From a virus, in IMG/VR virus record IMGVR_UViG_3300042402_001868, positions 32,001-96,000 of that record: a stretch of DNA of 64,000 nucleotides; one strand, given 5' to 3'. Positions 40,028 to 49,717 of this stretch are shown here, one piece after another. Under the pieces are notes generated by a model. It made no database searches and was not told the origin of the DNA. It saw only the letters and a program-made list of their open reading frames with translations. The first letter of the stretch is position 1; every line of letters begins with the position of its first letter. The position numbers were made by a program, and so were the translations under genes.

Positions 40028-41043
40028 TTGCATCCTCCGCACATGTTGTTACATGCTACCAGTCTGCCTTCAGCATACGTGGGCTTGTCCCAGGTCCGTT
40101 CCACTTGATCAAACCATTCTAAACATTCAGCCATGGTGTACTCCAATGCACTGTTACGTGATATCAGCGGACGCAGTTGTGTGTTGACCACATTGAGATA
40201 GTTGGCACTACCGTGCCCGTAAGTCTTAGGGTTGAACCCAAGATAGCAACAAGGATACACTTCTCCAATGCTGTTGATGTAAACTGTTTTGGTTTCAATG
40301 GCTTCACAAGAAATAGGAGTTTTAATTGGCTCAGGACATCCTGCAACATCTGCTATTGCATCAGGTCTGGCATAGCGTTCATAAATGGTGTCAAAGTTTG
40401 TGAGATCTGTTGTGCCCATCACAAACACCAGCTTCTTATCTGCATCAAACACAGGTCCCACATTGCGCTTGTGATCAATCAATTCAAACCGTTCAAACCC
40501 TATGTCTATACTGAGTTGTTCAGCTTGAGTTTGCTGATGCCTGTTGTGATCAAAATCAATCATTTTCCAAATAGCATGCCCGCCGGCAGCAATGAAAGTC
40601 TGTGCATTTCGAATCACAGTTGAATACATGGTGTTGCGTCTGTATATGCTGTGAGTATCTTCTAATCCGTCTAGGCAAAAATGCACCACAACGTCTAGTT
40701 TGGCCAGCTGTGTCCAGAACACACGGTCTCTGGCGCCACCGTTGGTGTTTATAGTTATGAGAGCCTGATTGCCAAGATGTTGTTTGAAATATTCAAGTAT
40801 TGGTATGGCGTCAAAGTTCATCACAATATCGCCAAAGTTACCATTTATTGTTATTTTATCAAGATGATTTAAAAACGCAGGAGTGAATATCTTTTGCGCT
40901 TCTGCCAAGGTCATTGAATGTTCTTCGTAGCCATCATTGTGCGGATACCCACACAAGTTACGAGGACACTTGGGGCAGGCAGCATTGCACTCGCTGGATA
41001 TTTCCAGGTGTACTTTCCTAATGTCCTCTACTGCGTACAACAT
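40024..41043 (-). CDS. Radical SAM protein with C-terminal SPASM/twitch domain
   Basis: CNAACPKC near the N-terminus, GNFGD, NTNG; C-terminal SC..GEVYPCC..CNNMC. Confidence 0.85.
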   Translation of the reverse strand: MLYAVEDIRKVHLEISSECNAACPKCPRNLCGYPHNDGYEEHSMTLAEAQKIFTPAFLNHLDKITINGNFGDIVMNFDAIPILEYFKQHLGNQALITINTNGGARDRVFWTQLAKLDVVVHFCLDGLEDTHSIYRRNTMYSTVIRNAQTFIAAGGHAIWKMIDFDHNRHQQTQAEQLSIDIGFERFELIDHKRNVGPVFDADKKLVFVMGTTDLTNFDTIYERYARPDAIADVAGCPEPIKTPISCEAIETKTVYINSIGEVYPCCYLGFNPKTYGHGSANYLNVVNTQLRPLISRNSALEYTMAECLEWFDQVERTWDKPTYAEGRLVACNNMCGGCK

Positions 41044-41046
41044 ACT

Positions 41047-42072
41047 TTACAAGTACGTTTCCAGGCCGCCACGACGTGTTAGGTCTTGTGTACAACATGA
41101 GATGCCGCCGTCCCAGAAATAGCTGTGACGCAGTTCACTGATGATGGGATTGATACGATGCTTCTTACAATAGTCAAACACTTCTTTGTTGTAGGCACTA
41201 AAGATAACGTTCTCTTCATCCAGTACCAGGCAGTTGACATCAAACACAGTTTCGGCAACAAAGCCAGTCCACTTGTTTAGATACTTGTCCACAAAGTCTG
41301 TGAACTCAGGTGTAGGTGTTTGTCCTTGTACATACCAAGCACCTGGTGATTGCTCGTACTTGAACTTGCCCACTTCCATAGCGGCCCAAATTGAACTATC
41401 CCAGATCTTGCATACGTCCCATCCTGGAAAGTCTTTGCCTAGATCTAAGTTGACATCGTGTTTGGAACTTAGTAGCACACCAGGCTTGAGAATAGCAAAC
41501 ACAGCATCACCGTGTCCGTCTGTGATGGCTTCGTGAATACGATAACCTTCTCCTAGTACATTGTCCACAATCCAACGAGTTTGATCAGGACGCAAGAAAT
41601 CTGAGTTATCAAAGAACACATCTCGCCCCACACGCACAATACAGCTGGCACTTGCACCATTTAAGATACAATCTTCGTCCCATCGTGATTTGTGCGGGTT
41701 AACAACTTGATCGCCAAAGTCAGCACAGATATCATCCAGCTCTTCCATGTTCAGCACACGTAGAAGTTTGTCGCCTAGGGTGATTTGCCAGTCGCGTGGG
41801 GTCAGTGGCGGCAGCGGAGCACCTCCTCCTTCAGTTTGATGCCAGATAAACGAGTCTTTACCAGGCAAGTTAGGGCGACGAACTCGAGCACCGTACTTCT
41901 CAATGGTCTTTTGCAAGCCGTCAAGATCCTCTTCGGTTTCGTGTAGAATCTGTTGCAGTTGGTTACGCACTTGTGGATTGTCAATAAAGTCAAAGTAATC
42001 AGGTGAGTAGGCACGACCCACAATGACCTCTTCAAGAGGTTGCCAGCTGGTATAGGAGTTGATTTTGTTCAT
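41047..42072 (-). CDS. Amidinotransferase (glycine/inosamine-phosphate amidinotransferase, pentein fold)
   Basis: NSYTSWQPLEEVIVG, PRD, HGD, DVN and C-terminal GGISCCT containing the catalytic Cys. Confidence 0.8.
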   Translation of the reverse strand: MNKINSYTSWQPLEEVIVGRAYSPDYFDFIDNPQVRNQLQQILHETEEDLDGLQKTIEKYGARVRRPNLPGKDSFIWHQTEGGGAPLPPLTPRDWQITLGDKLLRVLNMEELDDICADFGDQVVNPHKSRWDEDCILNGASASCIVRVGRDVFFDNSDFLRPDQTRWIVDNVLGEGYRIHEAITDGHGDAVFAILKPGVLLSSKHDVNLDLGKDFPGWDVCKIWDSSIWAAMEVGKFKYEQSPGAWYVQGQTPTPEFTDFVDKYLNKWTGFVAETVFDVNCLVLDEENVIFSAYNKEVFDYCKKHRINPIISELRHSYFWDGGISCCTQDLTRRGGLETYL

Positions 42073-43213
42073 AAAGGTTCTTTAGTAAAGTATTTAATCT
42101 GTCTAGTTTAGTGGATTGAAATAACTGCTGGTTGTGCAGTATGTCATCGCGGCATCGTAAAAATATGCTGTGCGGGTCTTGTTGTATGAGTTCAAGTGTG
42201 TGTTTTATTTTGAGCCAACGCTGAGTGTTGTCAGTTTCTAAATCGTATGTGTTGTCCAATACGCTATCAAATGTTCTGTACCCTAGCTCACGCAAACATT
42301 GCAAACTACCTGCAGGAGCAACTAGCACAAATGGTTGTGCATTCTTTATGGGTTTGAATGTTTTTTCTGTCAAGAACGCACCGCCTGAGCCGTCGGCATC
42401 AAAGTGTGTTTCGATTACAACATTAAAGTATGCATCTGTGTAGTGTTCAGGGACTACTAATGCATGATTGTTGTGCTCATCAACTGTTAAGGTATCGCAG
42501 CGATAAGGACCATTTTGCATGAATACATCAATTGCAACATTGGGCAATTGTTCTATGGGATTGTGTGTAGGATCATCGCCAAGCGGTAGTTCAGTGTTGT
42601 AACTCCACAAACTCTGTGACAGCATGTTGCTCTGTAACAAGTCTGCCATTATGGCTGCTCGCCACCATTTGTGTGTTCTGCTGAGTGCAACAAATGTGTA
42701 TGGTCGGTGTCTGGCATGAAACTCAACAGGTGCTACATCTTGATTCCTGCGCCAGAACAACAGTTCATGATCAGGAAAGTACACAAAGCCTGGGATTGAT
42801 TTGGCTGCGGTATTGCCTGAAACAAATCTATAACAGCTAGTAGATAATCCATGTTGTTGGCACAATGAATCTAGACGTTGTTTGATGTTATGCGGATTGT
42901 CGCCTTCGTGATAGTAAAATATCACTGTGATTAGTCCTTGCTGAATTCTTTGCAGTAATGAATCAGCAACAAGAGCAAAATAATCAATGGCAAAATCAAA
43001 AAAGCCCAAGCCAATCACGTAGTAGCCATTGCCTTCAGTGGTTAAATTATACTGGTACCCATGATCGTCCATGTGTCCAAACAATTCTGCAGGAGTGGTG
43101 TGCGGCCAATGTTGCCCAAACTCTCTCCAGGCCTGTGTGTACGGTCTAGCTTGGTGTTGTGCCAGTGCAGGATATGGACGGCCCTTAATAATTGAATCAG
43201 TTACGAAGTTCAT
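42032..43213 (-). CDS. Putative glycosyltransferase ('ET..TEK' family), copy 3
   Basis: FNVVIET...FLTEKTFKPIKNAQPFVL...GYRTFD..LDNTYD. Confidence 0.45.
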   Translation of the reverse strand: MNFVTDSIIKGRPYPALAQHQARPYTQAWREFGQHWPHTTPAELFGHMDDHGYQYNLTTEGNGYYVIGLGFFDFAIDYFALVADSLLQRIQQGLITVIFYYHEGDNPHNIKQRLDSLCQQHGLSTSCYRFVSGNTAAKSIPGFVYFPDHELLFWRRNQDVAPVEFHARHRPYTFVALSRTHKWWRAAIMADLLQSNMLSQSLWSYNTELPLGDDPTHNPIEQLPNVAIDVFMQNGPYRCDTLTVDEHNNHALVVPEHYTDAYFNVVIETHFDADGSGGAFLTEKTFKPIKNAQPFVLVAPAGSLQCLRELGYRTFDSVLDNTYDLETDNTQRWLKIKHTLELIQQDPHSIFLRCRDDILHNQQLFQSTKLDRLNTLLKNLYEQNQLLYQLATS

Positions 43214-44318
43214 TCAACATGTTAATCAGTTCAGGCCACAGGATGTTTTCCAACCCAGTGCCATAAAAGTGTTCAAAGTTGTGTTCTACAATGGGCAAGC
43301 AAGCACGATGTATTTGTTGACGTTCTGCTACACTAAGGTTATCTAGATCTTTTAGTAGCCCGGTAATCTTTTCGATCCGCTTGACATCATCTGTTTCCTC
43401 ATCATAACTTTCGTCAAATATGCCATCAAATGTTCGGAATCCGTAACTACGCATGTACTCCAAACTATGTGCAGGTGCTACCAACACAAACGGCATCTCT
43501 AATGCAATTGCCTTGAATGTTTTTTCGGTAATGTGCAACCGTCGACCAAAGTACACAGTCTCTGTGGGAACATACACCAAACTATCCTGCGCTTCTGCAT
43601 AATTGCCTAGCCAACAACTGGTCATGATTTGAGTTTCTTCGCCTGCAAACAATCTAGGCAACTCTGCTGCCAAGAACACTTGCTCTATGTCAGGATATAT
43701 GTTATTATACTTGAGTGCTATTTGTGAAATGTCCACGTGCTCATAAGGACATATTCTAGGAGCCGAAATATAATTATGATCCAATCCATGCCGGAATACA
43801 TTGTACAGAAACAACACCCTGTGATCTCGTTTGCCGGCAACAATTCTGTTTGGACTCATGAATGTGCGGGTGGGTGCTCTATCGGCAGCCCGGGGAATCA
43901 GGAACGTTTTATCGTAGCCACGGAACCAGTCTTTGCAAGCCCATCCATGATAAAAATAGTAATGCGGTTTCCAGCCATATATATCTGTAAGTTTTTTAAC
44001 GTACTCTCCGTGTTCGCTAACAATAACATGTCCATTAACACTTCTGCTACGTGCCTCAGGCGGCTTGCCCCAATACTGAATATCTTCAGTTCTAACTTTG
44101 ACATCGTCAAATAACAATTTGTGCAAATCTAAATGCACAGGCTCTTGATCATGCAAAAAAATAAAATCAGTTTCAGGAATATCATCCCTACCAAAATTAA
44201 ACAATGCTTCGGGATCGCTACGTCCTGGAGGATCACAGAAAAATGTTCTAGTACCGGGGATGTGTTGATCTATCCAGGGCCAAAAAGTGTTGTTGTAAAT
44301 TTCGTCTATTCTAATCAT
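43197..44318 (-). CDS. Putative glycosyltransferase ('ET..TEK' family), copy 4
   Basis: VPTET...ITEKTFKAIALEMPFVL...GFRTFD.IFDESYD. Confidence 0.45.
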   Translation of the reverse strand: MIRIDEIYNNTFWPWIDQHIPGTRTFFCDPPGRSDPEALFNFGRDDIPETDFIFLHDQEPVHLDLHKLLFDDVKVRTEDIQYWGKPPEARSRSVNGHVIVSEHGEYVKKLTDIYGWKPHYYFYHGWACKDWFRGYDKTFLIPRAADRAPTRTFMSPNRIVAGKRDHRVLFLYNVFRHGLDHNYISAPRICPYEHVDISQIALKYNNIYPDIEQVFLAAELPRLFAGEETQIMTSCWLGNYAEAQDSLVYVPTETVYFGRRLHITEKTFKAIALEMPFVLVAPAHSLEYMRSYGFRTFDGIFDESYDEETDDVKRIEKITGLLKDLDNLSVAERQQIHRACLPIVEHNFEHFYGTGLENILWPELINMLNELRN

Positions 44319-47300
44319 GTTTGATATTTTTTATTCGGGTAAGAAGCCAGGTTTATTTGCACATGAACGTGCGGCAGATAGTATTGAGCATGCACAAAGT
44401 TTGAGTCGCACAAGGTTCTTTTGGTGGGTGTCATACTTATGTGACTATAGTGACTGGGATTGGTTTTACGAGCCAGTGCCCTGGCAAACACATCAACGTC
44501 ATGCATGGCTAGATCAATATCACATCGATGCAGGTGTTTATCTTGTTCCTAAAAACGGATATGCAGAAACAAATTATCATGCAGAGCGTCAAGTACACAG
44601 ATTGCCTGACATTGATTATTGGCACATACCCAACTGGATTAATCCTGCTAGTATAGATTTTAGGTGGGCACCTAATCCTACCGATCCTCCTTACATATAC
44701 GAGTTTCCTGTAGAATGGGATTGGAATAGAATAGGCGGTCCAGAATACAGAATCCCAGGAGCAACTGACCGCAAGTACATGGATGCATTTGTTACTCGTA
44801 CACAGTCTGACAGAGACATGTGGAAAGTATACGACAATGTAGCTGACACTGATGCAGTGTTTGCCTGGCATCCAAATCCATTTGATCCACCAATGATTTA
44901 TGTGTTTGGCAATCAACATTGGCCAGCAGAAGTGCGGGCCAGTGTAGAATATCATGTACCGGGTGCTACTGTAAAAAAATACATGGACAATATACGCACA
45001 GTACGACTGCCAGACAAGAGTAAATTTACTTGTTTGTATCCTTGTGAGTTTGATTGGTCGTGGGAACCAGATCCAGGAGATCCTCCTTACATATATGTGT
45101 TTGGTAATCAGTGGTGGCCTGCAGAAAAGATGGCCACAGTTGAATATCATGTGCCGGGTGCAATAGAGCGTAAGTTCATGGATCAGCCTGCGACCTTACT
45201 AAGCAACAAAAACAATTGGTCGGTGCCCGATAATGTTGATCCATTAAGTATTGATTATTCATGGGTACCTGATCCTGGAGATCCACCTTATACCTATGTG
45301 TTTGGTAACCAGCACTGGCCTGGAGAAATAATGCCTACTGTGGAATATCATGTTCCAGGCGCAACTGAATGCAAGTACATAGATTATATTCGGGTAACAC
45401 TTACAGAATGCATGGATAACTGGGAAATACTGGAAGAAATTGCACATGATGAATGGGACTGGAGTTGGATACCAAATCCTTTAGATCCTCCTTACATATA
45501 TGTGTTTGGCAACCAATGGAACCCACCAGAATTCAAAGCCAGTGTCAAGTATGTTGCCCCAGGCGCCTCAGAAGTCAAGTACATGGATCGTCGAACACGT
45601 AGACTTCCGACTCCAAAATTGTTCAGACATAATCTAGCTGTGAGCAAGTTTGATTATTCCTGGGAACCAAATCCGTTTGATCCTCCCATGATGTATGTGT
45701 TTGGTAATCAGTGGAACTCAGCTGTACTAGAACCCACAGTGGTGTACAATGCAGGAGGCAACGAAATCAAATATGTAGATGACATCATTGCCACAGTAGC
45801 ACAAGATGTCAGCGCCTGGGAGTTGTTGGATGACATTGAATCATTTGATTACTCATGGAGACCCAATCCTACAGATCCTCCTTACATATACGTGTTTGGT
45901 AATCAATGGCTTACCCCCGAACAGCGTCCTGCACTAAGATACTGTATACCAGACGCAACTGATATCAAGTACATGGATCATCCGCGAGCACAACGTCGTG
46001 GTGATCACACACGCTTTGTTCAACACTATCCAGCATCGTTTAACTGGTCCTGGGAACCTGAACCTGGTAGCCCACCTTATAACTATGTGTTTGGCAATCA
46101 GTATTATTCTGCAGAAGTCATGCCCACGATAGAATATCGCATGAGTGGCGCAACAGAACGCAAGTACATGGATATTCCTGCACAGCTATTACCGCATCAC
46201 AGTAATCATTGGCACACACTTGTGGACTGTGAGTGGGACTATACATGGCGTCCAGAACCAGGATCGCCTCCTTACATTTATGTGTTTGGTAATCAATGGT
46301 GGTCAGCAGAAAAGATGCCTACATTAGAGTACCATATGGCCGGTGCCACTGAACGCAAGTACATAGAAGGCCCATTGGCTACACTACCAATAGACATGGT
46401 TAATTGGAGTATCCCAAAACATATTGATTTGACTGATATGGACTTTAGTTGGGTGCCTGACCCTGGCGAACCTCCTTATATCTATCAGTTTGCTACACAG
46501 CACCAAAAGACCGGCGGCCCACAGTATCGTATGCCTGGTGCAACAGAGTTCAAGTATGTGGACATGATGCGAGCTGAAGTAAAAAAAGAAGCCGCTCCTA
46601 TATTTGAAATTGATCACTTGGATGGTGCCGCAGGACAGATACCTGATGTAGTTAAGCGAGTGCGTTACTTTGACAACTATCGTGATACGCTAATACGCTT
46701 GGCCAAGAGCCTAGTAGGTGAATATGAACATGTATGGGTGTGTAGCAGTATATGTGATTACACTGACTTTGACTTTTCATGGCATCCAGAAACATGGCAA
46801 TCAACAATGTTGCATGTGTTTGCATCAGACAAAGAAAAGTTCGGGGACACATTCTACATGCATGTGCCTACCTTTGCTGAACGTGCTGAGAAAAAAGCCC
46901 TGTTAGAATGGTACAGTGTAAACTATGTGCCACGTCGGAGTGTGCCACGTAGACCCATGCCTGTAATCCATCACGCAGGTGACAGCCATGTAGATGCAGT
47001 TAAAACTACAACATGGGCAGGACCGCTTGCTACATTTACCACAACAGATTCAGCGCCGACTAACACAGTTACCGTTCCGCTATGGCGCAAAGAAACCAAA
47101 ACTATTGTGCCACTAAGTGCTGGAGCAACAAGTGTGATTGTGCCAAGGGTGGCCGTAGCCGACGTCCGTACACAACTATATGACTATGCCTACATAGACA
47201 AAACACACCGGACGGTTAAAGACTATCCCTTGGACATTGTGTTTATTTCAAATGGTGAACCCTACGCTGAATTTAACTTTGAGCATCTAAAGTGGGCAGT

Positions 47301-47928
47301 ACAAATGGAAGGCTTGGATTGCAATCACATTCATCACTCAAAAGGAGTAAACGGTCGTGTGGCAGCATATCAAGCAGCCGCCAGATTAAGCACAACACCT
47401 TGGTTCTTTGCTGTGTTTGCCAAGCTAGAAGTTGATCACAGATTTGATTGGACATGGCAACCTGATCGCATGCAACAACCCAAGCACTATATCTTCCATG
47501 CACACAATCCTGTGAATGGGTTGGTATATGGTCACCAGGCCATGATTGCTTACAACAAGCAAATGACACTGGAGAATACCGGAGGCGGCCTAGACTTTAC
47601 CATGGACCAACCACACGAAGTTGTGCCTATCATATCAGGCACAGCCAACTACACTGAATCTCCTTGGATGGCCTGGCGCACTGCATTCCGTGAAGTGCTA
47701 AAGCTCAAGCACAGCCTGCCCGATGTGGAAAATGAGTACAGACTCAACATGTGGCTCAGCAATGCTGGTGAAGTCAAGAACGCAGAGTGGAGCCAATTTG
47801 GCGCAGAAGATGCTGTAGAGTACTACAACGAAGTGGGTGGGAATTTTGCAGCCTTGAAGAAAAGCTATGAGTGGGAATGGTTGGCTAGTTATGCGTTTAT
47901 GCGACGCAGTCTAGCACCTGATCGCTGA
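44317..47928 (+). CDS. 1203-aa protein: ten W/P/Y-rich ~66-aa repeats plus C-terminal glycosyltransferase-like domain
   Basis: Repeat consensus D(W/Y)SWxPxPxDPPYIYVFGNQxW...EY..PGATE.KYMD. The C-terminus (DIVFIS.GEP, GVNGRVAAY, AWRTAFREVLKL) is homologous to 21571..22503. Confidence 0.7.
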   Translation: MFDIFYSGKKPGLFAHERAADSIEHAQSLSRTRFFWWVSYLCDYSDWDWFYEPVPWQTHQRHAWLDQYHIDAGVYLVPKNGYAETNYHAERQVHRLPDIDYWHIPNWINPASIDFRWAPNPTDPPYIYEFPVEWDWNRIGGPEYRIPGATDRKYMDAFVTRTQSDRDMWKVYDNVADTDAVFAWHPNPFDPPMIYVFGNQHWPAEVRASVEYHVPGATVKKYMDNIRTVRLPDKSKFTCLYPCEFDWSWEPDPGDPPYIYVFGNQWWPAEKMATVEYHVPGAIERKFMDQPATLLSNKNNWSVPDNVDPLSIDYSWVPDPGDPPYTYVFGNQHWPGEIMPTVEYHVPGATECKYIDYIRVTLTECMDNWEILEEIAHDEWDWSWIPNPLDPPYIYVFGNQWNPPEFKASVKYVAPGASEVKYMDRRTRRLPTPKLFRHNLAVSKFDYSWEPNPFDPPMMYVFGNQWNSAVLEPTVVYNAGGNEIKYVDDIIATVAQDVSAWELLDDIESFDYSWRPNPTDPPYIYVFGNQWLTPEQRPALRYCIPDATDIKYMDHPRAQRRGDHTRFVQHYPASFNWSWEPEPGSPPYNYVFGNQYYSAEVMPTIEYRMSGATERKYMDIPAQLLPHHSNHWHTLVDCEWDYTWRPEPGSPPYIYVFGNQWWSAEKMPTLEYHMAGATERKYIEGPLATLPIDMVNWSIPKHIDLTDMDFSWVPDPGEPPYIYQFATQHQKTGGPQYRMPGATEFKYVDMMRAEVKKEAAPIFEIDHLDGAAGQIPDVVKRVRYFDNYRDTLIRLAKSLVGEYEHVWVCSSICDYTDFDFSWHPETWQSTMLHVFASDKEKFGDTFYMHVPTFAERAEKKALLEWYSVNYVPRRSVPRRPMPVIHHAGDSHVDAVKTTTWAGPLATFTTTDSAPTNTVTVPLWRKETKTIVPLSAGATSVIVPRVAVADVRTQLYDYAYIDKTHRTVKDYPLDIVFISNGEPYAEFNFEHLKWAVQMEGLDCNHIHHSKGVNGRVAAYQAAARLSTTPWFFAVFAKLEVDHRFDWTWQPDRMQQPKHYIFHAHNPVNGLVYGHQAMIAYNKQMTLENTGGGLDFTMDQPHEVVPIISGTANYTESPWMAWRTAFREVLKLKHSLPDVENEYRLNMWLSNAGEVKNAEWSQFGAEDAVEYYNEVGGNFAALKKSYEWEWLASYAFMRRSLAPDR
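44650..46563 (+). repeat. Ten coding tandem repeats (~200 nt period)
   Basis: Recurrent DNA motif (gatcctcc)ttacatatatgtgtttgg(t/c)aa(t/c)ca and recurrent protein motif PPYIYVFGNQ. Confidence 0.85.
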
Positions 47929-49006
47929 TGTATTCAACTTCTAGGTCTGTTAGTTCAGGGTAGATAGGCAGGCTGAGTACACGACGAGCAAGACTAGAAC
48001 TTGCGGCCAACATGTCTGGACCAGGATATGCACGATACAAACTCATTTCGTGTAGAGGATTTGCATAGTGTACTCGTGTGTCAATTTTGCGCAGTGCAAG
48101 ATTATCTCGTAGTGTATCGCGACCATCAACATCTATCACAAACTTATGCACAGCATGATTGTGTGCGTTAGAGTCGTTGATCAAACAGCGTATGTTTGCG
48201 TCTTTGAACCGATCACACCAGTGATCAGAAATCTTTTGTCTACGTGCCTGCCATATATCAATATGTTTTGCTTTGACCAGCATGTGAGCACAGTCTAGTT
48301 CACTCATGCGGCTGTTGGTGCCTGGATTGTGATGGGTGGGTTTGCCATTGTCACGCCAAGCTCTAGCATATTCTGCTAGATCTAAATCGTCTGTTACTAC
48401 AGCACCACCGTTGCCATAACAAGCCAAGTTTTTCATAGGATCAAAACTGATGGCAGCACCACCACGGCCAGTGCGGTAGCCATCTGCGGCCAACCAGTGT
48501 TGTGCGGCATCTTCAATTATGAGTGTTTCACGTTGCACCCAATGATTCCATGCACGAACATTGCCGTGATGGGTAACGGCCGCACCATACAGTCCGACCA
48601 TTACTATGGCTTGATAACTCAAGTTCTCGGGTATTTTGTTGACATCTATTAGGCCATGTATGTCTGTGTCAATAATGTGTATATCCCAGCCTGCACGTAT
48701 AAATGCATTGGCAGTGGCCACGTAGGTCATTGACGGAATCAACACCGTAGGAGGATGCGGCCCCAAGTGGTCCATCATAGCCCAGTAGCTGGCTAGAATT
48801 TCAAGTGCATGTGTGCCTGAGTGACAGGTCACGGCATAACGCACATGATTCTTTCGAGCAAGCCAAGATTCAAACTCAACGGTGTTGTTGCCGTTCATGA
48901 GTTGACCACTACGAAGAACCTCGTCAGTAGCGTCTAATATCTCTGTGCGGAGATTGTTATACTGCTTTTTTAAGCCCGTAAAGGGAATTGTAAGTCCAGT
49001 GTTCAT
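47897..49006 (-). CDS. DegT/DnrJ/EryC1/StrS family PLP-dependent sugar aminotransferase
   Basis: SGTHAL, TYVATANA, IEDAAQ, SFDPMKNLACYGNGG (PLP Lys), NSRMSE, LSLPIYP. Confidence 0.9.
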   Translation of the reverse strand: MNTGLTIPFTGLKKQYNNLRTEILDATDEVLRSGQLMNGNNTVEFESWLARKNHVRYAVTCHSGTHALEILASYWAMMDHLGPHPPTVLIPSMTYVATANAFIRAGWDIHIIDTDIHGLIDVNKIPENLSYQAIVMVGLYGAAVTHHGNVRAWNHWVQRETLIIEDAAQHWLAADGYRTGRGGAAISFDPMKNLACYGNGGAVVTDDLDLAEYARAWRDNGKPTHHNPGTNSRMSELDCAHMLVKAKHIDIWQARRQKISDHWCDRFKDANIRCLINDSNAHNHAVHKFVIDVDGRDTLRDNLALRKIDTRVHYANPLHEMSLYRAYPGPDMLAASSSLARRVLSLPIYPELTDLEVEYISDQVLDCVA

Positions 49007-49683
49007 AATAAAACACCGTAATTAGATGGCACAATTGATTTTAACACAGTAACGTAAAGTTGATCAATTGCTGTAGTATTGTATACATCAACAATGGACC
49101 AAAATCTATGTTCTTCTTTTAATCCTAATTTTTGTTCTTGTGCAAGACAAAGTTTTAGAATTGAACAAGCATGATTTTGATCAATAGGAATACAATTTAA
49201 CTCATTGGTCTTGGTTAACATATCAATCATGTCACTAGTTGGGTCAGTACCTACAACTTTTTTGTACAATGCAACCATGAAGTCATTATCAAATGTGTCA
49301 GCAAAGTCCATTACAATATCATACAAATTGTAATCTAGCTCTTGATCCCATTCAAAAATTTCTTGTGAAAAATGTGTTAGCTTGGTAAATGTTTCTAAAG
49401 AAAATTCGTCTTGTGTAAAATCTGGAATCTGTAGATAGACATTTTTGCGTAAAAACAACAACGAATGTAAATCAATAGAATCTATTTTAGGTCGCACTCT
49501 TATCTTTGTGCCTACAAAGTTTTTGATATCGTTGACATTTTCTAACTTATGTATTTTAATATACGGCGGCCGTAGACTTGCACCACTATCAAACGCTAAT
49601 TTTGATAATCGATTTGTTAACCAGGCAGCAACAAATCCGCTACGAGCGCCTGGATCAGCGTGAATTAGTAAGTTCTGCCGCAT
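49003..49683 (-). CDS. Hypothetical protein (AT-rich; N-terminal PGARSGF loop, weakly sulfotransferase-like)
   Basis: 226-aa ORF overlapping the start of the DegT gene by 4 nt. Function uncertain. Confidence 0.5.
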   Translation of the reverse strand: MRQNLLIHADPGARSGFVAAWLTNRLSKLAFDSGASLRPPYIKIHKLENVNDIKNFVGTKIRVRPKIDSIDLHSLLFLRKNVYLQIPDFTQDEFSLETFTKLTHFSQEIFEWDQELDYNLYDIVMDFADTFDNDFMVALYKKVVGTDPTSDMIDMLTKTNELNCIPIDQNHACSILKLCLAQEQKLGLKEEHRFWSIVDVYNTTAIDQLYVTVLKSIVPSNYGVLL

Positions 49684-49717
49684 TGGTCATTCATCTATTC
49701 TTTGTCAGTCATTACGC

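Noticed and set aside
44650-46563. Recurring ~25-nt DNA motif at ~200-nt spacing as a possible CRISPR array
   Set aside because: The repeats are degenerate at third codon positions, in frame within an ORF, and the spacers are too long. This is a protein repeat, and no cas genes are present.
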